IMG/VR virus record: IMGVR_UViG_3300037067_019204
Location: 97,312-161,311 of that record
Length of the DNA stretch: 64,000 nucleotides
Direction: 5' to 3' (one strand)
DNA from: a virus
Taxonomy: Duplodnaviria > Caudoviricetes
This document shows, piece after piece, positions 41,921-52,818 of the stretch. A model generated the notes under the pieces. The model ran no database searches, was not told the origin of the DNA, and was given only the letters and a program-made list of their open reading frames with translations. The translations under genes and the position numbers were made by a program. Position 1 is the stretch's first letter. Each line of letters begins with the position of its first letter.

Positions 41921-42564
41921 TTTACATTCCCCATCCTTTTGTGTGTTTCTTCCACAAAGATTTTTTTCTTTTTAACATTCTTGCTAATTGAAAGAAGTCC
42001 TCATACTTAAAAGTCTTTGGGGCTTTCCAAATAGTTTTCCATTTTTCATTACTCCCTAACAAGTTACTTCTTGTTTCTACTTTGGTTATACTCCCCATAT
42101 GAATTATATGTATGTTATTTCCAGAATAAATTCTTGTATTCCCTGTCCACAAACCAACAGGAGAACACAAAACTATACTTCCTATTCCTCCACATTCATT
42201 GGGGCAGTCAATAGACATAATAGCATCAGGGATAATAGACCCTTTTCCAAATTCTATTATTGCGTACATGTTGCTCCCTCTCCTGTTGTGGGTTCTGGTA
42301 GTAAACTTATATAACCTATACTTACAAGATACAGGTTATTATCTGAATCACATTTTACAAGAACCTTTGCAAATCTACGAGAAAGTCTAGGCACATAACC
42401 AAATCTTTCTTTTAAAGACTGTCTATCAATGCATATTTGTTCGACTCTTCCCATATGATTGAATCCACCACCCGCATTTTCTATACCAGTATAGAAAAAA
42501 CTAATATGTTGACCCACCTTTAAATTTTTTCGTGATTTCATTTTATTTTATTCTTATGATTACT

Positions 42565-42592
42565 TATCGTCATGTTTCATGAAAAACTTTAG
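42565..42592 (-). promoter_or_regulatory. Sigma28-type promoter
   Basis: CTAAAGTTT...TGACGATAA. Confidence 0.65.
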
Positions 42593-42599
42593 TACTTTT

Positions 42600-42821
42600 T
42601 TATTTTGTTAATATTTTTAAATGACAGCCCAAAGGAAAGCCATATCTGTTTCTTAAAACACCAACTCTAGGATTATGTATCCAAAAATCTTCAATTAAGC
42701 TATTTTGATAATAGCAAACTAATACATTATTATGGTGGTGGTCTTGACTCCACATTCCCCCCGCAGGGGTGAATCTTGGGCATAAGTTACAGCAATTATT
42801 TAATAAGATTATTTTACTCAT
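42600..42821 (-). CDS. Small Cys-rich 'KII-CxxxC' family protein
   Basis: MSKIILLNNCCNLCPRF. Confidence 0.75.
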   Translation of the reverse strand: MSKIILLNNCCNLCPRFTPAGGMWSQDHHHNNVLVCYYQNSLIEDFWIHNPRVGVLRNRYGFPLGCHLKILTK

Positions 42822-43030
42822 GCTTTTAAAAAACAATTATGTTGGAATCTTTTCTCTCTATTAGAAAGACGAGACATATTATCTATATACATTCCTGAAA
42901 ATCCATAAGTATCCCGTACCAAACAAGCTATTCTTGTTATACCATGACTTACATCTTCGTTCCCATCATTATATCTTGTACTATATGGGCATAGAGGAGA
43001 GCATTCTTTTAATAAGATTATTTTACTCAT
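42818..43030 (-). CDS. Small Cys-rich 'KII-CxxxC' family protein
   Basis: MSKIILLKECSPLCPY. Confidence 0.75.
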   Translation of the reverse strand: MSKIILLKECSPLCPYSTRYNDGNEDVSHGITRIACLVRDTYGFSGMYIDNMSRLSNREKRFQHNCFLKA

Positions 43031-43476
43031 TACTTTAATGTAAAGGTAATGGTATGCTTAAGTACAGCCCTATAAATTTTACCATTAACATTAACTATCC
43101 CAATGTCAGGGTTATCATCCTCTATTTCTACTTTATCATTACAAAACTGTTGCATGGAATTAAAAAGTTCGGTTTTATTTTTAGCAGTAACAATATCATA
43201 CCACCAATTATCATTACCAAAAGTAGTATACCAATAAGGTTGTTTAAGCAATTCTTCAAGTTCTTCATTCTTAAAATACTCAGCTTCTACAATTTGTATA
43301 AGAAATGGCATAAGATCATTGTTCTTTTGTAATTTTGCAGGAAGGATTGGTATTAGTCTTTTGACTATAAAACAAGGTCGTTCGTGTTGTTTAATTTCAG
43401 TAAGAGACTCAGATGTAAAGCCACAGTAATCACACTGATAGAAAGTCTTTAATGTGGTTTTTGTAATTTTTTTCAA
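43030..43476 (-). CDS. Zinc-finger protein, paralog of 46171..46656
   Basis: YQCDYCGF...HERPC; KQPYWY. Confidence 0.6.
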   Translation of the reverse strand: MKKITKTTLKTFYQCDYCGFTSESLTEIKQHERPCFIVKRLIPILPAKLQKNNDLMPFLIQIVEAEYFKNEELEELLKQPYWYTTFGNDNWWYDIVTAKNKTELFNSMQQFCNDKVEIEDDNPDIGIVNVNGKIYRAVLKHTITFTLK

Positions 43477-43524
43477 TTGTCTTTTCCTGTTATTAATAGT
43501 TTAATAAGTCCCACTTTCTTTACT

Positions 43525-43552
43525 TATCGGTAAACATGTTATAAAACTTTAA
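43525..43552 (-). promoter_or_regulatory. Sigma28-type promoter
   Basis: TAAAGTTT...TACCGATAA. Confidence 0.7.
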
Positions 43553-44269
43553 TTATTTCCTTATTTGGCTTAAAATATTTCTCTGGTTTGCAGGTAAGCC
43601 ATATTATATGATCAGGGGAATATAGTTTAAAAAATGTTCCTGCTATCCAAAACCCTATTGTGCCATCAGGTAGTATTGCAATTCTTGCTTTAACAGTTTT
43701 ATAATAATAGAAACTATATTGGATGTAATCAAACCCAAATAATCTATGCAAAATTTTATACATATTGATTGGTTTCCTTTTACTATATATATTTAATTAT
43801 GCTCATTATTTCTTCATCAGTGGGTTTACGGAACAAGGAAATAGTTTGTGTCATATTATTTCCCTCTGTCCCATCATGCCTAATATGAAATTTTGGGATA
43901 CATGGTTTGCCAAGAGTATAATCATGTCCATTATCTGTTTTATCCACAGGAACAACCACAACAAAGTTTGGGAATTCCTTGATACGTGCTGGTTCTGGTG
44001 ATGGAATAGTTGAAGGGAGAATAATTTTTTCATCTATAGCCAGACTGAAAATTTCAGCCAATATTTTTCTGTTATGGGGGTCAGAGGTTCTATCTATAAG
44101 AGCCGCCATTTTTTTTGCTTTTCCTGACCTTTGCATACCAAGAGTTTTTTCTTTTTCTTTTTGAAAAAGTTCCCCGTTAAAAAATTCCTCGGTTCGTTGT
44201 TTGCATATATCAAATACATTGATTTTATTTTGTTTCTTAGTTATCATATTATCTCCCCTTTATTTTACT

Positions 44270-44296
44270 TATCGGAATAACTGGTGAAAACTTTAA
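44270..44296 (-). promoter_or_regulatory. Sigma28-type promoter
   Basis: TAAAGTTT...TTCCGATAA. Confidence 0.7.
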
Positions 44297-44505
44297 TCAT
44301 TTTTTATTAATAATTTTTTTAAATGGCAATCGAATGGGAAGTATTCATATGTAGAATCATCAAACCAAAAGTTTATTTTATTATCTAGTATACTATAACA
44401 AAGATTCCTTAAGGTATAACGTACCCCTTGTGGCCACACCACTCCCGGAGAGGAGAAACGTGGGCATAATGGGCAACATTTATTTATCTTTATTATCTTT
44501 CCCAT
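44293..44505 (-). CDS. Small Cys-rich 'KII-CxxxC' family protein
   Basis: MGKIIKINKCCPLCPRF. Confidence 0.75.
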   Translation of the reverse strand: MGKIIKINKCCPLCPRFSSPGVVWPQGVRYTLRNLCYSILDNKINFWFDDSTYEYFPFDCHLKKLLIKND

Positions 44506-44743
44506 ATGCCTTTAAGAAACAACCCACATATCTGGCCTCTTCAAATCTCTGTTGTTTATTTACTCCTCTATCACCAGAATCTATACTACCACGTAAAAAT
44601 GTTCCATCATAAAGATTTTCTCCTTTAAGTCTCAGACAAGCTAATTGTGTTACTCCATGTCTCATTCCTTCAAGAAGTAAATTATGCCTTAAGTAATGAG
44701 GACAAAGGGCAGAACATTCTCTTATTAAGAGTATCTTACTCAT
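44480..44743 (-). CDS. Small Cys-rich 'KII-CxxxC' family protein
   Basis: MSKILLIRECSALCPHY. Confidence 0.75.
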   Translation of the reverse strand: MSKILLIRECSALCPHYLRHNLLLEGMRHGVTQLACLRLKGENLYDGTFLRGSIDSGDRGVNKQQRFEEARYVGCFLKAYGKDNKDK

Positions 44744-44966
44744 ATGCTTTTAAGAAACAACTAGTTTCAAACATCCGTTGTTTATTTATGCCTCTGCTAG
44801 TCCAAATTCTGCCACTTAAGTATGTCCCATCATAAGGAGCGTTTCCCTTAAGTCTTAGACAGGCTAATTGTGTTGTCCCATGAATTGTCCCTTCAAAGAG
44901 TAAGTTATGCCTTAAGCAATGAGGACAAAGAGGGCCGCACTCATTTATTAAAAGTATCTTGCCCAT
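44736..44966 (-). CDS. Small Cys-rich 'KII-CxxxC' family protein, recent duplicate of 44480..44743
   Basis: MGKILLINECGPLCPHC; shares TQLACLRLKG, YDGT and RG.NKQ with its neighbour. Confidence 0.75.
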   Translation of the reverse strand: MGKILLINECGPLCPHCLRHNLLFEGTIHGTTQLACLRLKGNAPYDGTYLSGRIWTSRGINKQRMFETSCFLKAYE

Positions 44967-45309
44967 TTATAATTCTCTTATTATATTATCTATTGGTGTT
45001 ATAGTACCTCTTACTGCATACAATATGCCTTTCAAAGATGAAATCTTATTCAGGTCTTCAAGATAGCAATCTATCCTTTTGATAGAGGAATATGTTTCAT
45101 AATTAAGATTACCTATATGGTTTTCAAACTCTTCTTTAAATGAAGCAAGGTCTTTTGTAAACATTATAGTTCTCCTTTTATATTACTTGTATGGTATTAC
45201 CATATATATGTATGGTATAATATTATGAGAATATTTCATACAGGCAAAAAATGACCAGTATAATTGCCACAATCGTTGTAAGCATATCATATTCCTTTTA
45301 TACTTTTTA

Positions 45310-45337
45310 TATCGGTAGAGAACACAGAAAACTTTAG
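45310..45337 (-). promoter_or_regulatory. Sigma28-type promoter
   Basis: CTAAAGTTT...TACCGATAT. Confidence 0.7.
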
Positions 45338-45740
45338 TACTTTATTTAATAGGAGTACAATTTCTTATTATGGATGCACAAAAACAATAACGATTTGAGT
45401 AAGTAGCGTGATCCATACACCATTCAGCTTCATACTTCATTTTCTCAAATTGTTCTTTGTTGCAACGGTAATTTTCCGATGCTGAATCCCACGGTGTTTT
45501 TAAACATCCAACAAAGAATACAAATAGACAGATAATAAATAGTTTCATAGTATTTCTCCTAATGATTAACAATATAGCTATTACGTTCCTGCATCAATTT
45601 ATCAGCAATTTTATAACTCTCAACTACACTGAATGTTTGTTTATAAATAGTCAGTGCCATAATGTCCAATAAGGTCAATTCATCATCATTTTCTGTTGAA
45701 GGATATGATTTCATAGTAATGCTCCTGTGATTGTTATAAA

Positions 45741-46032
45741 ATAAGCAATTGTATTGGCTTTCTTATTAGCAATAAGATTGGCATATATAATAGCACTTAA
45801 ATTAGCCATTGTATTGGCTATTCTTATTGCTATTTATTTTGCTATTTTTTTAGCACTTACTTTGGCTATTTTTTTGGCCAAAAGTGGGTCGATGTCCATG
45901 CCGAAGATCATCTTTGGTTTACGATTACCAATACTATTTCCCAGCTTTGCACTTGGCAGGTGGCCAATTACAACCCCCAAAGGTTATACTAAAGGCCAAT
46001 CCTATGGCCAAGAAAATGGCCAATCCTATGGC
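45741..46032. repeat. 12 bp-period degenerate tandem array (iteron-like)
   Basis: GC dinucleotide exactly every 12 bp from 45745 to 45877 (12 units) and from 45995 to 46031 (4 units), context about TTRGCYA. Confidence 0.8.
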
Positions 46033-46170
46033 TATGTATAGCTTCATTTTACTATCCTTATTAGTTAATATCTGTCTCAAACAGAGTTTTATTGTCTCAG
46101 GTCAGGGGGGACTGGAGGATTCATGAACAAATCTATCAACCCCGTTTGAGACAGGTATTAGCCAATACTT

Positions 46171-46656
46171 TTATCTATGGTTCGATTCTGCCTTTTTTCT
46201 GTATGTATTCATTCGGGGATAAAGTTTAATTTTTACAGAATACCTTGGTCTGGGTTCACAAAGGACACCATCACAATTTACAGCTATAAGATCAAAATTT
46301 TCTTTATCCTTTCCTGAATAAAAATTATTAAGTTCAGTTATAAGTTTATTTTTTGTACTATAGATAAAAAATCTATGGTATGTCCCTTTCTTATCATAAG
46401 CCATATACCAATATGGTTTTGATATTTTTTTTATCAGATTATCTATATTGCGTTCATTATAAAATGAATTCCAAATAACCTTATAAACTTTATAATTATA
46501 AGCTAAAAATGAACATAAGTGGCTTAAGATTTCTCTTGCTCCTTTGCACACATATTCATCAATTCTAGCATCTGCCTCATTATCAAAAGTTTGGCCACAG
46601 TGTTCACATTTATATAATGTGAACAGTACTGTTTTACTTTCTGTTGTTTTTATCAT
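46171..46656 (-). CDS. Zinc-finger protein, paralog of 43030..43476
   Basis: YKCEHCGQ; SKPYWY. Confidence 0.6.
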   Translation of the reverse strand: MIKTTESKTVLFTLYKCEHCGQTFDNEADARIDEYVCKGAREILSHLCSFLAYNYKVYKVIWNSFYNERNIDNLIKKISKPYWYMAYDKKGTYHRFFIYSTKNKLITELNNFYSGKDKENFDLIAVNCDGVLCEPRPRYSVKIKLYPRMNTYRKKAESNHR

Positions 46657-47628
46657 GTTTTTATTTAACTGCTTCTCCTGCTAATTTCATAAACGCATCT
46701 TTCAGATGTATCTAAAGGAGTGATGGTCCAATCTGATGCACGAGAGCAAGGCTCTGATTCTAAAGCCAAACCAAGTGCAACAGACTCACATTCTGCGGAA
46801 ATTATTAAATGAACATCATCAAAGGCTCCCCTTTTATACCAATAATAATTACAGCTATATACGTTCATTTTTTAATTGCCCCTGTATAATTTTATTTAAT
46901 TACCTTTAATATAGAGTTTATAAAGTGCGGCATCTGCTTTCAGAACACTCATAACCCACTCAATACACCTGTGACAAAAGAATGGGATAAAGCTCTTGCA
47001 GTAGCCCACAGCTAACCTTGCAGACTCCTAACCCCGCACTTTATAAATTCTATATTCAAAGAGCCTGATATTAAACGTAGGCAATATGCTCCGTCTAGAG
47101 AGTTGCATTAAATCTCAATGTATACCAAGCTCTTTGAGTATAGCTTTTATAAGACATCATTAAAAACAACTATAGTGTTAGTTTAAAATGATAATGTTAT
47201 TCAGACTTTGTTTCTTTATCTTTATCAGGTTCATACAAATCTTCAAATTCTCCATGCTCATCCCTGCAAACCTGACAGCGAAAATCATTCTTGCAATAAT
47301 TATTAAAATTATGGCAATCTATACAGAACGCAACTGAACATATTTATACCACATAATGCTTGATTTTATTACATCCCAATTTATTCCTTCACTTGAATCA
47401 TGATGTTGTTTCAAATTATGAAGTATTTCTCTGGCCGCTTTTTTAGTCACATGATACTTCTTGCCTAAACCCTTGGCAAAGTAATACACATCATCAGTAC
47501 TCCATACTATATGGATTGTATCAGGGTTTTTCAGGATTTTTATAGCCTCTTTAGTATCCCCCTTTTCTAGGGCTGTAATGGCTCTATTTATTGTGTATGA
47601 CATTTTTCTTTACCCTTCATACCTTACT

Positions 47629-47656
47629 TATCGTCCTGTTTGTGAAAAAACTTTAG
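47629..47656 (-). promoter_or_regulatory. Sigma28-type promoter
   Basis: CTAAAGTTT...GGACGATAA. Confidence 0.65.
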
Positions 47657-47935
47657 CGATTTTTTTTATTAAAATAAAAAATAAACATTTCTTCTATTGC
47701 AATAGATATAATACATACTACAAATGATATTGCAATAAGGCTTACACCTAATATACATGTTAAACCTATATTAGGTTGTTCAACAGTAATTGATATTATC
47801 TTTAAGAGTTGTATTGCTAATACTCCTATACAATATAGACAAAAGATAATTATTGGAATACCTATTGGGATTACAATAATAGTTGCAAGCTTGGCCTTAG
47901 TAGTTACTTTCATTTTTTCTCCTTCATAGGATATT

Positions 47936-47962
47936 CATCGTCTTTTTTCCAAAAAACTTTAG
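47936..47962 (-). promoter_or_regulatory. Sigma28-type promoter
   Basis: CTAAAGTTT...AGACGATGA. Confidence 0.55.
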
Positions 47963-48133
47963 CATTTTTTTCAGTTAATTAATTAATACATTATCTTTGT
48001 GTTCAGTATATTGTCTTTTGTATACAATCTTTTTTTCCTACTTCAATGATTGCCTTCGTTTGACCAAGGTTCATTATTGATGGTAGCACCCCTTGATTTG
48101 CTTGTTGGGGTTCATCTCTCCCTTTGTTTTATA

Positions 48134-48161
48134 TATTGGCATTTTCATTTAAAAACTTTAG
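48134..48161 (-). promoter_or_regulatory. Sigma28-type promoter (variant)
   Basis: CTAAAGTTT...TGCCAATAT. Confidence 0.55.
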
Positions 48162-48195
48162 TACTTTTTTATAGAGGGACGGGAACTCGAACCTT

Positions 48196-48387
48196 TTATT
48201 CTTTTCGTAGTGGGCAGTTTCTTTTTAGCCTATTTAAATTATAAATAAATACCCATTTCCAATGTGTCTTGCTGTAAAGAGCAAGGCATGCAACATGTTC
48301 TTTCCAATATAATCTTGTTTGGGTATCTACTAATATTTTAACATTAGGACAATCACTGCATCTATGTAGTTTAACTATTTTGCTCAT
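48196..48387 (-). CDS. Small Cys-rich 'KII' family protein
   Basis: MSKIVKLHRCSDCPN...NCPLR. Confidence 0.7.
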   Translation of the reverse strand: MSKIVKLHRCSDCPNVKILVDTQTRLYWKEHVACLALYSKTHWKWVFIYNLNRLKRNCPLRKE

Positions 48388-48562
48388 GTTTTTTTAAAGG
48401 GCAAGCAGGTTTAAATTGGTCTCTTTGCCTAATACGAGACGTGGATAGTGGATTAGAAAAACGTAGTAACTTACTACAATATATACACTCATAATCATGC
48501 CCATTACTTGCTGTTATTGTATGAGTACATTCACAACAACTATATATTTTAATTATCTTCAT
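48371..48562 (-). CDS. Small Cys-rich 'KII' family protein
   Basis: MKIIKIYSCCECTH...ACPLK. Confidence 0.7.
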   Translation of the reverse strand: MKIIKIYSCCECTHTITASNGHDYECIYCSKLLRFSNPLSTSRIRQRDQFKPACPLKKHEQNS

Positions 48563-48758
48563 TTTTGCCTATATTTTCTTTCTCTTGGGGCAAAGTGCAT
48601 CTATTTAAAAAGGTTGCTTTATGCCAATTTACAGAAACCCCCGGAATTAAATAATATCCTGTGTTAGGGCATTGCATATTATAATCTTCACTGTTATTTT
48701 GTTCATGTATTGAATGATAACAAAGACTACAATCAGATATTCTTATTATCTTGCTCAT
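48549..48758 (-). CDS. Small Cys-rich 'KII' family protein
   Basis: MSKIIRISDCSLCYH. Confidence 0.7.
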   Translation of the reverse strand: MSKIIRISDCSLCYHSIHEQNNSEDYNMQCPNTGYYLIPGVSVNWHKATFLNRCTLPQEKENIGKNEDN

Positions 48759-48958
48759 TTTTTACTTTTTACATATTGTTGTTCTGTTTGATATTTACAA
48801 TGTCTATCATAGATTACTTTAAACCAATCTCGGTAATTATCAGTAAATAAATTCCAGCAACCACAAGTAAGGCTCCCTAATCTGTGTTGGTTTCTTTGAT
48901 TATTTTTTCTATGTTTACAAAAACCTTCACATTTATTTATTTTTATTATCTTACTCAT
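48755..48958 (-). CDS. Small Cys-rich 'KII-CxxxC' family protein
   Basis: MSKIIKINKCEGFCKH. Confidence 0.75.
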   Translation of the reverse strand: MSKIIKINKCEGFCKHRKNNQRNQHRLGSLTCGCWNLFTDNYRDWFKVIYDRHCKYQTEQQYVKSKK

Positions 48959-49242
48959 AATAAAGTTTTTTTAACACGGGATAAAAACTTTTTTGCTTTG
49001 GTTATATGTATAGCTTTATATTCTTCTTTTGTCATGAAAGGGCATCTTTCCATGAAAGCTCTTTTGAACCAATTAGGTTCATGATCACGATGATATAAGT
49101 ACCAGTGTGCTTTAGTACAAAGTAGCACGGATTCATCTGTGCCATGAATACAATCAGTACGTTGGCCACCCTCTGGATTAGGGTCTGCAATTCGGTTTTT
49201 ACAAAAACCCTCACACTTTCGTATACGTATTATTTTGCTCAT
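48955..49242 (-). CDS. Small Cys-rich 'KII-CxxxC' family protein
   Basis: MSKIIRIRKCEGFCKN. Confidence 0.75.
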   Translation of the reverse strand: MSKIIRIRKCEGFCKNRIADPNPEGGQRTDCIHGTDESVLLCTKAHWYLYHRDHEPNWFKRAFMERCPFMTKEEYKAIHITKAKKFLSRVKKTLL

Positions 49243-49312
49243 ATTATGACATATATAATATAATATACAGTTATAACCAACAATATGATGATGGTTGTTT
49301 TTAGAATATTTT

Positions 49313-49519
49313 TCATAATTCCTCTTTTAGTGTTTTATATGGGCATCTTTCTCTAAATGCTTTTGAAATCCAATAATCGCTATTTATAAACCAATGTGCC
49401 ATTTCACAATAAGCATGGTTATCACAATTGTTTATTGGACTTCCACCATAGAATATACTTTTTGTTATTATATGTTTACAAAATCCCTCACATTTTTCTA
49501 TCCTTATTATCTTACTCAT
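49313..49519 (-). CDS. Small Cys-rich 'KII-CxxxC' family protein
   Basis: MSKIIRIEKCEGFCKH. Confidence 0.75.
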   Translation of the reverse strand: MSKIIRIEKCEGFCKHIITKSIFYGGSPINNCDNHAYCEMAHWFINSDYWISKAFRERCPYKTLKEEL

Positions 49520-49526
49520 GGTTATA

Positions 49527-49554
49527 TATCGGAATAAATAAAAGAAAACTTTAA
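49527..49554 (-). promoter_or_regulatory. Sigma28-type promoter
   Basis: TAAAGTTTTCTTTTATTTATTCCGATA. Confidence 0.7.
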
Positions 49555-50039
49555 TACTTTGCACATGATAAAGGAGAAAGTTTTGGTATTTTTTGTAAAA
49601 GTTTTTCCATTTCTTGTGTGGCTTTTTTATATTTCTTCTTTTTAAGAAGGGAACGAACATTATTTAATTCTTTATAGGTTATGGTAGGATTACCTTCTCC
49701 ATCCAAACTTGTTTGGAAAGCACCTATTCTTTTACGAAAACCTCTGTATTCTGGATCGTATTCACGTCCCCCACCTTGAAAAAGATCAAATTCAATTTTA
49801 TTATCTATTAGTACTTCTTCAAGGGTTGGAAGTTGACCATAGTTGATTTCATGAAAATATAAACGTAATACTTTCTTTTTTTCTATGCAAGATTGTATAG
49901 GCTCATAGTTTTCAGGGTTTTCTTTTTCTATTGCCTTTTCAAGCAAAGGTATAGTGGAGGGATTGATTCTTCCTCCTATGACTAATTTGATAGAACAACG
50001 ATCACCCATAGTAATCTCCTTTTTGCTTTATTACTTATT

Positions 50040-50067
50040 CATCGGAATAAATAAAAGAAAACTTTAG
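50040..50067 (-). promoter_or_regulatory. Sigma28-type promoter, spacer identical to the 49527 copy
   Basis: CTAAAGTTTTCTTTTATTTATTCCGATG. Confidence 0.7.
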
Positions 50068-50718
50068 TATTTTATTTACGGTAAAAAGAAAAAGCGCACA
50101 TTGTTGTTTGATGGGAATGACCTTTATAGACAAAAAGTGGTAATTGTATCCATGCCTTATCAAGGCAATACTTTACCCAAAAGTCGTTGAAGATGGTTTT
50201 TACTGCTTGTTCTGGTGTTTCTTTCTTATGATGTGCAGTTAAGACTACATTATAACACACTAATACTTTATGAAAGTTATTGGAGTTTATTATCCGTAGT
50301 ATATGTCCTAAATCTTTACAAGAAGTCTTGGGCATTTGGCAACAATCATAATTAATTATTGCCGGTTTATACTTTGCAATTTCAATCAGGAATTTCAATT
50401 GTTCAACAAAGTCTCCTTCAATTCAATTACCTTTATTAAGTTGGCTATTTCGTATATGGACAAGGGGGTCTCTTTCAATGCTGAAATACTGATTATGTGT
50501 AATGATTCCTTTTTTAAGAAGAAAGGCCAGTTCTGACTGTTTGGCCAGAACTGGTTTGTTTCCTTCACAACTATTACCCCCCAGAGTTATCATGGTTCCG
50601 TTTTTGGGGACTATTTTATTACCGGAACATTTTTGCCAATCTTTAACAATCTTTTCACGGTGTTCCAGCTTTTGGGGGTAATCCCATACTATACTGGCAT
50701 AGTTTTTGGGTGGCATTG

Positions 50719-51363
50719 TTATTTCCTTTCTTCTTTTTTGGCCTCACGTTCCCTTTGTTTCAGGGCTTCGAGGTTCGATTCTGCCTTTTTCCTTATTTCT
50801 GTCACCACAACAGAAGGACAAAGTTTAGCTTCGTTTAAAGTTCGGGAGAACCTTTTATCAATTAACTGTAAAAGTTTTTCACGATCACTTTTCTTTCTTT
50901 TTTTGTTTGGTTGAAAGGTGACATCCTTTAAAGATTGATATGCTGTGGGCAAGGATATACCAAATTTCTCTGCCACTTCTTTAGCAGTTAATTTTTTCTT
51001 TGTGATACGGGCATAGTTTGCAATTACATTCCTGCGAACTTGACGAGTGAAGTGGCGGCGTATAACATTTTCCCGCATCATAAAATCAATCATATCTTCT
51101 TTGGATTCAAACTTCTTGAAGACACAGTTGATGGTTTTATGACCTGCCGCTTTTGCGGCGGCAAGCCTGTTCATGCCACAGACTACAGCATAGTTTTCTG
51201 TAATTTCTATGGGTCGATCCAGCCCAACACTACTAATACTATTAGCCATAGTTTTGAGGTTATCCCCGTTTTCTATGGGAAAAAGTTCAGTGTTAAGATC
51301 GTTTTGAGGTTTGAGTTTACTGATAGGCACAGCGACAATTTTCCCCACAACAGTGTGCTTCAT
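50719..51363 (-). CDS. ParB-like N-terminal domain + HTH protein
   Basis: SISSVGLDRPIEI...VCGMNRLAAAK, ENVIRRH, HTH TAKEVAEKFGISLPTAY. Confidence 0.8.
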   Translation of the reverse strand: MKHTVVGKIVAVPISKLKPQNDLNTELFPIENGDNLKTMANSISSVGLDRPIEITENYAVVCGMNRLAAAKAAGHKTINCVFKKFESKEDMIDFMMRENVIRRHFTRQVRRNVIANYARITKKKLTAKEVAEKFGISLPTAYQSLKDVTFQPNKKRKKSDREKLLQLIDKRFSRTLNEAKLCPSVVVTEIRKKAESNLEALKQREREAKKEERK

Positions 51364-52017
51364 TGTGTCCTCCTTATTTAAATTAATTTATTCTGGGTAG
51401 TTTCCCATTGTTAAATGCGCTTTCACAGCGGCAATCTGTTGACGGGTATATTGCCGCAAATACTTGAAATGCTTACGAAGTTCATTCGCAGAGTACATAG
51501 AATATAATTCAATGATATACCTGTGGTCACTATTTATTTTGACTAACTTTTTCATTTCTCTTTTTCCCTTCATGTTCTTGCCTAGATTTTATCCATGTGG
51601 ATTTTCTTTTTTCTAATTCAGAAAAATCTATTTGGATTGGTGTCTCAAAAATTACTAGACGTTTATAATCAAAGATTATTTTTTTAAGTACACCACTTCG
51701 ATGTGCCTCAAAATAAGCTTTTGAGTAACAATCACCAATATGACTATAAATATATTCTCTTACTTTACTGAGTTTAAGTTGTTGAGTTTTAGGTAGCAAA
51801 GAGTTTATATCGTAGCAAGTAAATGCACAGCATGCTATATTCTTACAATCACTTCCTACTTCACAATAATGGGGCCAATGACAGGGTGTGCAACACCCAC
51901 CTTTGCAGACCTCGGAACAAAACTTACGAATACCTGAGTCAATCGTCCATTTATTGATTAATGCTAGAGCTTCGGTATAGGTTATTTGAGGCATAGTATT
52001 CTCCTTGTTTATTTATT

Positions 52018-52045
52018 CATCGGAATAATTATACAATAACTTTAG
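52018..52045 (-). promoter_or_regulatory. Sigma28-type promoter
   Basis: CTAAAGTT...TTCCGATGA. Confidence 0.65.
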
Positions 52046-52115
52046 CAAAAAAACCAGAAGATAAAATTAAGCATCTCAATTAAGAGATGCTTAGGTTCAT
52101 GTCTTGGTTTAATAT

Positions 52116-52517
52116 TTACAGGGAGGCTGTGGTAAATTGCGTAATGGGAATGGTATTGCCATTCTCGATTTCAGTGATAACAACAGAAGTGGGTGCTTTG
52201 GATTTATTCATCTTGAATGTATATTCTTCACCGGGTCGTACTTCAATGGAATTAACAATCTTTACACCGGGATATGCCACGGTAATAAACTTGTTATAAT
52301 CTCCATTTACCCTTACTGTGAACGATTGTACATCCCAATACTTGCCATCTTTTCCTGCAATGATGCTGGAGCAAATTGCCCCGGCGCAGGACTGAATAGT
52401 CACTTCAACGTTTCCCTTGTCTTTGGTGAAGAAACTGGAAATGTTTTTTTCTTCTGAGCAAGCACTCCCCATGCCAATAATGGCAAGGGCAAGGATGAGA
52501 ATTGAGAGTCTTTTCAT
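52116..52517 (-). CDS. Putative lipoprotein
   Basis: AAGGAGG RBS; MKRLSILILALAIIGMGSAC; hairpin at 52068-52093 downstream. Confidence 0.65.
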   Translation of the reverse strand: MKRLSILILALAIIGMGSACSEEKNISSFFTKDKGNVEVTIQSCAGAICSSIIAGKDGKYWDVQSFTVRVNGDYNKFITVAYPGVKIVNSIEVRPGEEYTFKMNKSKAPTSVVITEIENGNTIPITQFTTASL

Positions 52518-52560
52518 ACGGTGAGCCTCCTTGTTTGGTTTAATATTTTATAAGCATTGC

Positions 52561-52818
52561 TTATTTTTTGCTGAATAATTTTAACTTGCATCTTTTCTCA
52601 AAATCTTCTTTTAAGTATTCTCCAAAAGAACAAAGGTCAATTTTTGTGCATATAGCATGAGACTCTATTTTTGTAGTAGTATCTATGCCAGATTTCCCAT
52701 AAAAATGTTCTTCAAGATCAGAAATTCTTTGAGGAGCAGATGATTCCATGCGTGATTGATTATCACTAATATAAGGACACCATGCTGGGCATCTGTCATG
52801 TATTTTTATTATCTTCAA
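52561..52818 (-). CDS. Small Cys-rich 'KII-CxxxC' family protein
   Basis: MKIIKIHDRCPAWCPY. Confidence 0.7.
   Translation of the reverse strand: MKIIKIHDRCPAWCPYISDNQSRMESSAPQRISDLEEHFYGKSGIDTTTKIESHAICTKIDLCSFGEYLKEDFEKRCKLKLFSKK

Noticed and set aside
48172-48194. GGTTCGAG T-loop-like sequence (tRNA fragment)
   Set aside because: The T-stem does not pair and there are no D or anticodon arms; I found no convincing tRNA in the window.
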